DNA from: Diplonema japonicum | Lineage: Eukaryota; Protista; Euglenozoa: Diplonemea | Length of the DNA stretch: 64,000 bases | Direction: 5' to 3' | Assembly (NCBI GenBank): GCA_964019335.1 | Contig: OZ025677.1 | Coordinates: forward strand, 248,001-312,000 | Shown: positions 25,820 to 38,284 of the stretch, piece by piece | Numbering within the stretch: the first letter of the stretch is position 1 | Layout of the letters: every line of letters starts with the position of its first letter | The notes under the pieces: generated by a model | Databases searched by the model: none | Told to the model about the DNA's origin: nothing | The model's input: only the letters and a program-made list of their open reading frames with translations | Made by a program: the position numbers and the translations under genes

Positions 25820-27441
25820 ATGAATTCTTCGACGTCGATAGTCAGCGCCTGTTTGTCGCTGTTTGTCTGTTGCCTGCTGTTTTCTTGGGGTAACCGTGGG
25901 ACCACACAGCAGACCTCACCAGTTTTGGAGAACCTCATGAGCAAGCGATCCAGTGAACCATCTAAAAAACTTGCCAACGTAATGACAGAGAACGACCTGC
26001 TGTCCAAGGCGGATGGTGACTATGTGAAGCTCGAGAACTCCGACAAACTGATCAAAACAAAGGGCCCATGGTATGCCATATGTACATCTAGCACACAAAC
26101 AGGTTCCTCGGGACATGCACCGGCACCAAGAGCAGCGGCGCCTGGATGCGCGAGTGGATCGAACTCCAAATTGCCGTCGGCGTGGACCACGTGTGGGTCG
26201 CAGATGACAACCCTGCCAACAGCTCCGACATCACGACAGGAGTTCTGAAGCACTACGAGCGCCTTGGCTACGTCACCATCATCCCCCCACCGTCGCTTAC
26301 CTTCCCCGGGTGCGAGCAGATCCTCGGCAAGGACAACAGGCACAACTGTGCCCCTGTGAAGTACTGCTTCACCCAAGCTGCACCCCATGTGAAGTGGCTC
26401 CTCTTCGCCGACACCGACGAGTTCCTGTTTGCCCACAACGGCTGCTCCATCGCAGACCACATCAAGAACCACTGCAACCCTGATGCCACACACATCTATG
26501 TGAAGTGGGAGAGGTTCGGGACAAGTCACTTCGAGACCCACCCCAATGGCTTGATGCTTGAGAACTTCCTCAGCTCAGGAGGCACCTGCCACAGACGGCA
26601 CAACGGGGAATGCGGCATGAAGCCCTTCGACAACTGCCCTGAGTGCAGGCACTCGAAGGTGATCTACAACACGGAGTGTGCGAAGGTGGAACATGCTGGT
26701 TACATCCACTGGCCTGTGAACACCACCGACTGGAAGGCCCGTGTCATCCCTGAGTACTCTAATAGGAAGTGGGTGCAGTCCCCTGGGCCTGGTGCGCACT
26801 GGAAGCATGAGAGGTGCGAGTACTACGGGTTGCGGGAGGATGCTGCACGGTGCAATGCGTGGGCTATTGCTGGGAGTGGGTCGAAGAGGCCGGTGAAGTA
26901 CACACCCGACTGCTGCACGGGGGGTATTGGGTACAACCATTACGGGACGCAGTCGAGGCAGTACTATGAGAGGAAGCAGAAGAACAAGAAGGACAACCTG
27001 AGGGGTTGGAGGACAAACTTCGGTGGTCTCAACATGAACAACGTGCTGTCGTTCTCAGTTCTGAAGTTCGTGAGGGCTGTGCGGAAGAGGTTCATCGGGA
27101 TGGGGGCACAGGTGTCGGACAACGCTGCTTTCGTAGAGATTGGCGAAGGGAAGTCGTGCTTTGTGGAGACAAACTTTGCATACTCGCCAACAGAGAAGAC
27201 AGCGCTGACCCTCGAAGGGAGCGCTGTGACCATAGAGGAATGCTGCGCAGCCTGCCATACAACCTCCTTGTGCAAGGCCTTCACCTTCGCTAGGAACGAG
27301 ACTTGCGGCCTTCTCATAAGTGCTAATGCTGTCGCAGGAACAAACCTGAGGGACAACAGCTACCACCTGGACGCCAATAGAACCTGGGAGCTGCGGCAAG
27401 TCTCCGGCATCGCCCTCACGGATGGCGAGTGTGGTATTTAA
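25820..27441 (+). CDS. GT-PAN paralog 8 (exons 25820-26070, 26103-27441)
   Basis: Intron 26071-26102 (32 nt, GTATGCCATATGTACATCTAGCACACAAACAG). Confidence 0.85.
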
Positions 27442-27558
27442 TTGCTTTTTGCGGGTTTGTCTTCACCCCCTTTTATCTTTCTGTTTACTGTAAATCTTTT
27501 TAATTAATTTTCCCCCCAGAGCTTCTTGGACCCGAGTCAAAGCAAGACGCTTGCAAAC

Positions 27559-27589
<31 letters not shown>

Positions 27590-27636
27590 TTCAAGAAAAA
27601 GAAGAAAAAAAAGGAAAAAAAAAAGATCTCCCGTTC

Positions 27637-28250
27637 TAATTATTGATTTTTGATTTCGCTCCTATTTAAACAGAAAAAAGAAGAAAAACCGCCAAAAAAA
27701 GGGAAAACCCAGCTTTTCGGGAAAATAATCCTTCTCTTAGTCGTTTTGATGCTCCCTGGGGTCGGCTTTGTGTATCTGGGGGGCCCGGGGGAATAGAAGG
27801 GTTATTATATGCATGGTTGCATGCTCTCCTCCCGTTTTAATTATTGACTTTTGATTTCGCTCCCAATTAGGACCCTGTCTGAAACAGGGAAGCACCAGCT
27901 TTTCGGGAAAATAATCCTTTTCTATGTCATTTGGATGCTCCCTGGGGTCGGCTTTGTGTATCTGGGGGCCCCGAGGGACGAAACGAAGGGTTTTAAGCAT
28001 GGTTGCATGCTCTCCTCCTGTTTTAATTTTTGATTTTCGATTTTTTTTTGTTTTTTCGCTTTTAATTAAAAACCCGCCAAAAAAAGCGAAAAAACAGCTT
28101 TTCGGGAAAACTTTTCCGTTTTGATGCTCCCTGGGGTCGGCTTTGTGTATCTGGGGGGCCCGGGATACGAATATAAGGGTTTTAAGCATGGTTGCATGCT
28201 CGCCTTTCATTTGACGTCAATTTAAAACCCGATTGTAATTAAAAACCCGC
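27637..28250. repeat. Three tandem ~190-bp units
   Basis: gatgctccctggggtcggctttgtgtatctggggg at ~27748, ~27934 and ~28123. Each is preceded by cagcttttcgggaaaa and followed by catggttgcatgctc. Confidence 0.85.
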
Positions 28251-28301
28251 GGGTGATCGGTTAACCCTGGATACATGATATTTGTTTTTCTTTGTTCGCA
28301 A

Positions 28302-28340
<39 letters not shown>

Positions 28341-30077
28341 GAAATCCAGAGAGATGCAGCTACAACCCCCCATTTCTTACGGGGCAATTAAGAGATATAC
28401 AGTATTTCCGTTTGATAATCCATCCCCCCCCATTTTTTTTCTTTTATGTTACATGTTCTTTATATCTATCAGCCCCCCCCCCCCCCCCCCCCCCCGATTA
28501 GGTGAGTTTAGACCGACAGTGCCGGTCTGTGTAGCTTCTTTTGCCGAACTGACAGGAAAATTTCTGTTGGAATCGGGCACTGTATCTATTTATCTTCCAT
28601 TTTTATCACCCCCCCCCCCCCCCCCCCTCCCCCCACTTCTTTCAACAACAACAACAAAGGAGCTATGATACGTTACGTTTCAACGAGGATGGGAAAAAAA
28701 AAAAAAGAAAAGGAAAAAAAAAAAAAAAAAAAAGAAAAGGAAAAAAAAAAAAAAAAAAAAAAAAACCAAGGAAAAGGGAAAAGAAAAAAAAAAAAAAAAA
28801 AAGGAAGGGAACACCTCTTTTACTCATTAACACTTGACAACTCTATTTCTTTGCCTCGGCTCAGCATGTCTGACTGTCGAGGGAAAGAGATGGGGAAAGA
28901 AAAAAAAGTGGTTCATGATCATTCCCCCCTTCTTTCAACAGGGCGCCAACACCGGCCTCCTTTATCTCTTATATTCTTTCTTCTTTTCCTCGTGTCTTCT
29001 TTGTATTCGTTTTCGCCTTTGTTTTATTCCACCTCCCCTTAGGGCTGCGTTGTCGGCGTACGGCTTTCATTTTGCATCAACCTGGGGTGGGTAGCACACC
29101 CACAATTTTTGTGACTACGATTACAAAACATGCCTTCTAGATGTGTGCATCGAAGAATGGAAAATCAGCAAGCTAACCAGCATACAAGACACGTGTGAGC
29201 CTGTGCGCCACCCTCTTCCATCTATTGTAAGCCCTTTGACCCGTTGCCTGTATTTGTGAGGAGTTGTACACACGGCCTTGCGACGTACGCATTTTCGCAG
29301 AATTCTGCTGCATACACGCCCGTTGACAATGTACCCCCCCCCCCCCCCCCCCTGGTTGCTTTTTTATTTTTCTGCTTTCATCATTCCCTTTTACCCTCCC
29401 CCTCCTTCCCCTCCCCTCCCCTCCCCCACTACTTTCAACAACTTGTTTGAGGAATAGAATAATGGCGTTAAATTGAGGGGAAAGAAAAGAGAAAGAAAAA
29501 AAAAAGAAAAAAAAGAAAAGAAAAAAAAAAAAAACTTATGTGTTAGTCTTTGTTTCAAAAAGCCAGGAAAGCAACAGTGAATTGTTTTTTTTTTTTCTTG
29601 GAATTTTGAAAAAAAAAGTTGACACGTATGTCGAAAAAGAAAGAAGAAACAGGGGAGGAAATATGAAAAGGGTACCTGCACAATTGCTTAGATTTTCAGT
29701 CGATGGTTTGTTGATCTTCGGTCGGCAGCCAGTTTTCTCAATGGCAGCATATATGTGACTATTCATTCACCCTTACACATCTGTTTATTATTGATTTCTT
29801 TTCCCTCTTTTTTTTCTTCCCCTCAGTACATCAGCTTGTAAACTATGCTGATTAAAAAAAAAAAATAAAAGATTCTTTCCGGCACTTTTCAGTTTCTCCC
29901 CTTCTCTTCCATTTTCTTCCGGACCCGCACCCATCAAAAGGTCTTCATTTTGGAAGGAAGAAAGAAGAAAGTTGGAGGGGGAGGAGGAAATCTAAGGAAT
30001 AATCGAAACCATCTTCATCAAAACTGTTTTTTTAATGACTCTCTTCTTCTTCTTCTTTTTTTTTTTTATAAAAAACT

Positions 30078-30272
30078 GGGATACCATGGATATTTTCGCT
30101 GCAGCACCTTAATGGAAGAGTAATGCAGATGCTCAGGGTGACGAACAAGCAGCAAACTGTACGAGTGCAGAATCTTGGTTACCCGGGGCGCCCTGGTTGG
30201 GGTTGAGCTCACGCATTGGCAGAAGAAGAGCTCGGCGCCCCCTGTAATCAAGTAGACAGTTCTTGCAGGGCA
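30078..30272 (+). repeat. Dispersed repeat, degraded copy d
   Basis: gggataccatgga..gcagatgctcagggtgacgaacaagcagcaaactg..ccctgtaatcaagtagacagttcttgcaggg. Confidence 0.8.
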
Positions 30273-30586
30273 CCAACACTGCCTCCTTTTTCTCTTACAA
30301 ATATTCTCTCTCTTTTTCTTTTGTTGTTTTTTACGTCCTCCCCACCCCTCTCGTTTCGTGTGGCCATGATGAATGGCATGCACTTCCCTTCTTTTGCTTT
30401 CTTTTTCTGTGTTTAGTTACGACCGGTTAGCCACCGCCCTCGAGTCGGGTTGGATGAGCAGCAAAACCTGTCAAGCGCGACAACCAAGACAACCACACTA
30501 CCATACCAGGCACATGGCTGTCGGCCAACCCACTTGTTTTTCTTATCACCCTGCACACCACTGCACGCACACAGGTAGTACGTACT

Positions 30587-32210
30587 ATGAACGCGTCCAA
30601 CCTCATCACCTTCCTCCTGACAGCTTTGGTCTGCTTCTTGCTTAGCTCATGGATCTTCCGTTCCCCACCAAGGGCACCTGAGGTGTCGCCAGCACCACAG
30701 CAAGTCCCTCTCCTTCCTCGGGTGAATGCTACTCAAGCACCGGTGCCTGTCGAGACACCACAGCCAGCGGTGATGAAGGAGAGGGACTTGCTCCCTGCAG
30801 TCAGCGGGAACTACGTTGATCTCGAAAACTCTCAAAAAGTGATAAAAAGGAATGCCCCTTGGTATGAACGATGGCACTGCTTTGCAACACAACACAAACA
30901 GGTTCCTCGGAACATGCACCAGCACAGCGGCTAGCGGCGCCTGGATGCGCGAGTGGCTCGAACTCCAAATTGCCGTCGGCGTGGACCACGTGTGGGTCGC
31001 AGATGACAACCCTGCCAACAGCTCCGACATCACGACAGGAGTTCTGAAGCACTACGAGCGCCTTGGCTACGTCACCATCATCCCCCCACCGGACCTGAAC
31101 CACACTGGGTGCAGGCAGACCTCAGGGCCCAATAGCAGTTTATCTTGCGCCCCTGTGAAGCACTGCTTCGAGCATGCCTCACCCCATGTGAAGTGGCTGC
31201 TGGTTGCCAAAGCTGACGAGTTCATCTTCCCCCACAACGGCTGCTCTCTGAAGGAGCACATCAAGAACCACTGCAACCCTGATGCCACACACATCTATGT
31301 GAAGTGGGAGAGGTTCGGGACAAGTCACTTCGAGACCCACCCCAATGGCTTGATACTTGAGAACTTCCTCAGCTCAGGGGGCTCCTGTGATAAGCTGCGA
31401 AACGGGGAGTGCGGGAGGGCTCCGTTCAGCAACTGTGAAGAGTGCAGGCACTCGAAGGTGATCTACAACACGGAGTGTGCGAAGGTGGAACATGCTGGTT
31501 ACATTCATTGGCCTGTGAACACCACCGACTGGAAAGCTGGTGCTGTTGAGTACTCCACTGACGCGAAGTGGGTGCAGTCCGAAGGGACGGAGGCTGGGTG
31601 GAAGCATGAGAAGTGCAGCTATGTTGGGTTGAACGAGAGCAGTGAGAAATGCAATGATTGGGCATGGAACGGTGGTGGGTCGAAGAGGCCGAAGGAGTAC
31701 ACACCCGACTGCTGCACGGCAGGGATAGGGTACAACCATTACGGGACGCAGTCGAGGCAGTACTATGAGAGGATAAACCGGGGCAGTGGGCAAAAGGTGA
31801 TGAACATGAACAATGTGCTGTCGTTCAGCGTAGTGAGGTTCCTGCGTGCGCTGAGGACGAGGTTCATCGGGATGGGTGCCCAGGTGTCCGACAACGCTGC
31901 CTTTGTTGACGCAGAAGACGAGATGTCGTGTTTTGTAGAAGCCAACTGGGCATACGAGGCGACAGAGGATACCACCATGAAGGAAATGGGGACAAACATG
32001 ACACTGGAGGAGTGCTGCAAAACATGCCACTCTGCTCCCATGTGCAGGGCCTTTACAGCAGTTAAGGGCGAGAAGTGCTCTCTCCTCATTGGGTCACAGA
32101 CAGCGAGCAAAGAAGCACCAGGGATGACTGACAGCCCCCACCACTTGCATGCCAGCCGTACATGGGAGCTGCGTAAGCACTCTGGCATACCCATGCGTGG
32201 TCAGTGTTAG
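30587..32210 (+). CDS. GT-PAN paralog 9 (exons 30587-30861, 30902-32210); DxD motif lost (AKADE)
   Basis: Intron 30862-30901 (40 nt). The ORF is intact, but WLLVAKADEF replaces WLLFADTDEF. Confidence 0.85.
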
Positions 32211-33621
32211 TACTCCTTCATGTCGCAAGCTGTTGCTGTAGAATCGAAGCAATTTCTTCTTCTTTCTTCTTTCTTCTTCTTGGGAAAAAAAAAAAAAAAA
32301 AGGAAAAAAAAAAAAAAAAACGAGACACGGCAAAGCAAGTAATTTCCACCAAACTCTGTAACCTGATTTTCTTTACCCTTTGCTTAAATATCCTTTTCTT
32401 CCTCCACTGTTTTTTGCGGAAACATGAAAAATTCAAGAGGTGGTGCCAAAATAGAGTACAGAATTTAGCCCTGTATTGAACTCGGCCTAAACGACCTCAT
32501 GTGAGGAGGAACTGACGCCTCACGGTGGTCCAGCCCCGTGGGTCCAAGGTAGGTTCACAACCTCCTTTTATTGGATCTCGTTTCTCCTCTTTTTCTTTGT
32601 ATGAACAAGAAAAACAATATTTTGATAACGAATTGTTCGTGCTAAAAAGAGTAGTGGTAGCATTGCTGGGCTTATCCTTCTACAGGTTAACCCCGGCTGT
32701 GCACATGCAACAATCAACTGACTCTTTTTTTTTTTCTTTAAAGAGGAAAACCTTTGGTGGTTTACAGGGAACGGTGGGAGGGGAAAAAAAGAAAAGAAAA
32801 TAATGAAAATTGGGGTAATCGTGTTTGTGGAAAATGAAATTCAGGTTTGCTCAAACGGTGGAAGGGTTTCATTTGGTTACCGTGTTTAGTTTTTTTTCTC
32901 AAAAAAAAAAAAGAATATTTATTAACTTATGCAACTTTCCGGGCAAAAAAAAAAAGAAAGAAAGACATAAGCCATAATTTTCTCCCCCCCTCCCCCCCCT
33001 TCTTTTTTCGCCTTCTTCATCGGTGCCTTCTGCGGGCATAATCTATTTATCAGGATACAAAGTAAAGGTTTTGAAACTTGATCGGAATGTTGATCTTCTG
33101 TGAGCTAGCTTGTTCTGATGCATACTAGTGAGGGAGAGGGGGGTGGGGGGGTCAAGAAGGGTAATTTTTTTCTACCGCTTTATATTTTTAGATTATTCCA
33201 TCAGTTTCCCATGGCCTCAGAATCGAGTGAGTGCCTAGTTTTTGTTTTGTGGCAATTCCAATTTGCAACCTGGGGGGAGTACCGTGACAACATGGAAGAA
33301 CCTCGGGACGAATCAGAAATATGAAGGAACGTAGTAATAAAAGAAACCAGCGGCAGCCCATTCTTGAAAGCAAACCAGAGTGTCAGGGTTTCAGATTTCA
33401 AACTCCAGGCACGGGAATTGCATCTCGTGCCGGCGGTGTGCTGTAGATGACGTGACGCGTCTCAAGAGCCATCCCGTCGCAACTAGCTGAGAATAGCATG
33501 CCCGCTGCCCCCATTTCGAAACAGGGTAGCGGTGCTTCGGGTCGTGGTGGTGTTCCGATGGCGGACATCTTCTCTTGTTTTATTTCCTTCTTCTTTCCTT
33601 CACTCACTACAGGAGAACACC

Positions 33622-35184
33622 ATGCACACGACCAGCTTCTCCGGCACGCTCGTAGTAGCTGTGGTCTGCTTCACCCTAGGCTCCTGGATAGTCCGACGCA
33701 GCCCATCAGAGCCCGTCGGCACCGTGCAGCACGTCATCGAGCAGCATGCAAGCGAGCAGCGTGTCACTGTGCCCAATAGGGAGGGCAAGAAGGATCACGT
33801 AAACGTAAAAAACTCCAACAAAGTGATTAAAAGAAAGGGCCCCTGGTTCCTCGGGACATGCACCGGCACCAAGAGCAGCGGCGCCTGGATGCGCGAGTGG
33901 ATCGAACTCCAAATTGCCGTCGGCGTGGACCACGTGTGGGTCGCAGATGACAACCCTGCAAACAGCTCCGACATCACGACAGGAGTTCTGAAGCACTACG
34001 AGCACCTTGGCTACGTCACCATCATCCCCCCCCCAAACCTTACCCATCCCGGGTGCAAGCAACTGTGGGGCCCTGATGGCAGACACAACTGTGCCCCTGT
34101 GAAGCACTGCTTCGAGCATGCCTCACCCCACGTGAAGTGGCTCCTCTTCGCCGACACCGACGAGTTCATCTTCCCCCACAACGGCTGCTCTTTGAAGGAG
34201 CACATCAAGAACCACTGCAACCCTGATGCCACACACATCTATGTTAGGTGGGAGAGGTTCGGGACAAGTCACTTCGAGGCCCACCCCAATGGCTTGATGC
34301 TTGAGAACTTCCTCAGCTCAGGAGGCACCTGCGACAAAGTACTGAACGGCGTGTGCGGGAAGCATCCTTTCTACAACTGCCCTGAGTGCAGGCACTCAAA
34401 GGTGATCTACAACACGGAGTGTGCGAAGGTGGAACATGCTGGCTTCATCCACTGGCCTGTGAACACCACCGACTGGAAGCGTGGCCGTTTGCCCGAGTAC
34501 AGGAAAAGAGGATGGGTGCAGTCCCCTGGGCCTGGTGCGCACTGGAAGTCTGATAAGTGTAAATACACGGAGCTGAGAGAAGACAGCAACAAGTGCGACA
34601 GGTGGGCGAAAGTGGGTGGTGGGTCGAAGAGGCCGGTGAAGTACACACCCGACTGCTGCACGGGGGGTATTGGGTACAACCATTACGGGACGCAGTCGAG
34701 GCAGTACTATGAGAGGAAGCAGAGGAACAAGAAGGACAACAAGAGGGGTTGGAGGACAAGGTTCATAGGTATTGATCTGAATGACGTGCTGTCGTTCTCA
34801 GTTCTGAAGTTCGTGAGGGCTGTGCGGAAGAGGTTCATCGGGATGGGGGCACAGGTGTCAGACAATGTGGACTTCATTGACCTGCCAGGTGGGAAGTCGT
34901 GCTTTGTGGAGACGAATTTTGCATACACGGCGACAGAAAATACTAAAATGCAGCAAGCCGCAAACACTAGTTCTGCAGACGCATGCTGTGCAGCGTGCCA
35001 CTCGACTCGGATGTGCAAAGCATTCACCTTTTCTAGGGAAAACTGCAGCCTCCTCATCGGAGGTGCCACCATACCCAGGTCGAATAATTTCAAGCACAAC
35101 ACGTACCAGATCCATGCCAACAGGAGATGGAAACTGCACCACACATCCGGCATCCCTTTGCAGGAAGGTCAGTGCGCAGGTTAA
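33622..35184 (+). CDS. GT-PAN paralog 10, intronless
   Basis: ATG at 33622, TM anchor, continuous KGPWFLG junction. Confidence 0.88.
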   Translation: MHTTSFSGTLVVAVVCFTLGSWIVRRSPSEPVGTVQHVIEQHASEQRVTVPNREGKKDHVNVKNSNKVIKRKGPWFLGTCTGTKSSGAWMREWIELQIAVGVDHVWVADDNPANSSDITTGVLKHYEHLGYVTIIPPPNLTHPGCKQLWGPDGRHNCAPVKHCFEHASPHVKWLLFADTDEFIFPHNGCSLKEHIKNHCNPDATHIYVRWERFGTSHFEAHPNGLMLENFLSSGGTCDKVLNGVCGKHPFYNCPECRHSKVIYNTECAKVEHAGFIHWPVNTTDWKRGRLPEYRKRGWVQSPGPGAHWKSDKCKYTELREDSNKCDRWAKVGGGSKRPVKYTPDCCTGGIGYNHYGTQSRQYYERKQRNKKDNKRGWRTRFIGIDLNDVLSFSVLKFVRAVRKRFIGMGAQVSDNVDFIDLPGGKSCFVETNFAYTATENTKMQQAANTSSADACCAACHSTRMCKAFTFSRENCSLLIGGATIPRSNNFKHNTYQIHANRRWKLHHTSGIPLQEGQCAG

Positions 35185-35626
35185 AACTATGAGATTATCA
35201 CCCCCCTCCCCCCCCCCCCCCCCCCCTCTCTCTCTCTCTCTTTTTTAAAGGCAGATAGCAAAACGACGCGCGCGCATTTGCATTCTCGTCATATAAATTC
35301 TCGTCCATTCTCGTATTACAAGAATAGGCGGAGGATGGGAAGTCGTGTCCTAGAAGAAGAGGAAGTCTATGGGAGCCTCTGCCTGTGAGAATGACGAGAA
35401 ATAATATGAGATTTTCTGGCCGGCCCTACGGGTGAGAAACGTTTCAGCACTAATCAGCCGTAAGAAGTGATGCAAAGGGTACTCTTTTTTTTTTTTTCTC
35501 GATTTTTTGTGGGGAAAAAAAAAGAAAACGCGTTGCCTGAGTTGTGATTTCGACCGGCAGGAAGAGAAAAAAAAAAAAAAAAGTCACCGGTTTGCATGAA
35601 ACTTAGGAAGTCGTTTTTTATTTTAA

Positions 35627-37578
35627 CCATTAAAGGACGAAGCGCTAGATATCTAGCGATCAAAAAATTAAAATTTTTGTATAGGCATTTTAAGTACCAT
35701 AGACCCTTACCCTTGCACAGAATGACCTAGTTCCGCGATTTCTTTTCCATCGAAAATCACTTTTGGCCCCTAGATTAACCTCCAAAAACACCCTCGAAAC
35801 CAGTTTTTGGTGGCACGAAAGCTCAGATGAGCAGTACTGATTCAGACGAGTTCGGGAGTGCCTAAGGGGACATTCTCACTGACGATGGGACCTCACCTAG
35901 CGCCAGTAGTGACGAGAAGAGTGAAAATATGCCCTGGGAGAGCGATATTACGCAGGTTACGCGTAAGAAGTGACAGGGCACATGGGGGGGGCAGAAATCA
36001 CCCATTTCCCACATGTGTGCATCAAGGATTTCCAAGCTGTTCATCTCAATGGGGTTTGTGAAATCTCTTTGCACCGTTTGCAAGTACCACAACCCCGACT
36101 TTGACTTCACTGTGGACGATATCTATCAGTTTCTGGCCTTGTGGGTGCTCATGGACATCATCCGCAAGGCTGGCATAAAAGATTACTGGCCGACCATTTG
36201 TGCCCTCGCCACACCTTTTTTTGGCAAGTGTAATGAAACGTTACTGCTTTTGCGCTTACAGCGGTCGTTGCATTTTGGAGGGGTGAAGAGACAGACAGGT
36301 TGCAAAAAATAAGATTCTTGCTCCCCTACCTGTCTGCAACACTATTCCCCCGGAGAATCGATCATTGATGAGAGTATGATCAAGTCACACGGTAGGCATC
36401 GCTTCAGAGTATTCCAGCCTGCAAAGAGGACAGGTGAGGCTGTGCACCGGACAGGATCTGACACAGGGTCGTGTTCAACTTGTCGATCTACTGTAAAGAC
36501 CTTGCTAATACCATTGTAAAAGCGTGAAAAAGCAATCAAACACAGCACTGTGGACCCCGATGTGAGGTATCTCAGCACTTGGCATATTACCTTCCCATTT
36601 GGTGAAGGATCGAGGTCATTGTAGGGGGGTGCTGGTGTTTGGGAGCCCTGACTCGCGTACAGGATTGGCGTACCACGTGATCACTGCAGAAGCACCAATG
36701 CTTATGATGCCAAAAAAGGACAACATGGCAACCAGAATGTCTCGGCGGCGGAGCTCTACTTCGAGCTTCTTGTCCTGCAGCTCGAGCGCGACAATGAAAG
36801 CTCTTACAACGTTCTCTCATATCTCCTGCGGTGCCTTCAATGGCGTCTTGCTTGACATGAAGTGAACGTCGTGCTCAGTCTGAAAGCGCACCCCACGTGA
36901 CTTGTCGATGCCACTATTCGTGTCCACCTGGTGGATGGCTCGGCATCGGTAGCGTTCCCCTTGTACCCCGGCATCGATAACTTCTATACTGGCGTTACCC
37001 TTGTACAACAGATGTGGGAATCGGGTTTGTGGTGGAAACAATCCGAGGAAAGTCCAGTCAATGGTGGAAACAATCCGAAGAAAATCGCCAGAATGTACCT
37101 AATCTTGCCCCAGTAGCCCGGAAACAACCGCCCAGCAAGCACCCGTTCTGAAATGGGGACCGAGGGGCCCAGGGAAGATGCCAGGCGCGACTTCACCAAA
37201 GGTCACTGGTCCAAAAAACTGGATGCTGCAAGACAATGCACACACCACATGCGTGTTTTGGGGGTCCGGGTGCAAACTATCTTTCATCTGCAAGGCTTGT
37301 ACCGTGCATCTGTGCCCAGCTTGCTTTGCGGACTATCACGAACCAGTGGTTTACCCACCCCAATCTACCCCCTCTGGAGGCCCGGCCACACCGAAGAAAC
37401 GCCTAAGGTACCAGCGTCTCCAAACACATACCCTTCTCCCCAGGTCCCTCCTGGGTGATGTATTTTCTTTTACACAAGCGTCGTTCTATGGTTGCATGCT
37501 CGAGGATGTTTTAATTTTAGAAAATAAAAAAGTCGATGGTGACCTTTTTTTTGCCCAAAAAACCCCGTCCTTTAATGG
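35627..37578 (+). mobile_element. Decayed piggyBac element with internal foreign insert
   Basis: TTAA-CCATTAAAGGACG ... CGTCCTTTAATGG-TTAA. Broken transposase motifs FLALWVLMD..KDYW, IIDESMI and IDNFYTG, plus a C-terminal CKACTVHLCPACFADYH. Confidence 0.9.
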
Positions 37579-38284
37579 TTAAATATTTTTTGAACAGTGA
37601 GCACCCCCATGCACACTGAAACTTTATCGAATTTTTTTTTTTTTTTTATATAAGTTGTGAAACGTTGTTTTGCACGTCACCCTTTTGATCCCCTCTTTTT
37701 TCCCCCTTTCCTGTTCCACTTTCCCTCTGAGACCCCCTTATTGCATCAAAGTACAAGAAATGTATTACCCCTCATACGGGTATTTATCTTTTTTTTTTTT
37801 TTTTGTACGACTCGATATTTTCTTTTAACACTTTTTTTAAACTATAATCACGGGGGCGAAGGGTGGGGGAATATAATAGGAGAACGAATAAAAAGCTATT
37901 CACGAAGATGGCCCGATATAAAATTATCCCCCTCCCGCATGCCACAGGGGTATGAAGTCACTTTTTTATCGCAACTTATCAAGCCCCCTTTTTCTTTTTG
38001 CAATGATGGCTTCTTAATTAAATTCTATGCCATTCCACGCAAACCTTTTCGTTGAGGTACGGCCCCCCTCCTTCTTTTCCCCCTTGCTCGAGTAAGAAAA
38101 AACACTATATTATAACAAGATGGTGTTTGCTTGCTGGGCTTATTCTTTCTCTTCAGAAATTTTTAAAAAAAAAAGAAGAGCTTAGGTTAGGTTTCCCGCT
38201 AAAACTCCGTTAAGCACCCCCCCCCCCCCCCCCCCCCCACTTTGCTTGACGGGTTTTAGGAGATATGGTGGGTTTTATATATAT

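Noticed and set aside
27637-28250. CRISPR-like repeat/spacer appearance
   Set aside because: The sequences between the conserved cores are themselves homologous, there are no cas genes, and the context is eukaryotic; it is a plain tandem repeat.
28282-29094. Poly-K/F/P ORFs in intergenic DNA, here and throughout the window
   Set aside because: They are translations of A/T/C homopolymer tracts with no coding signature.
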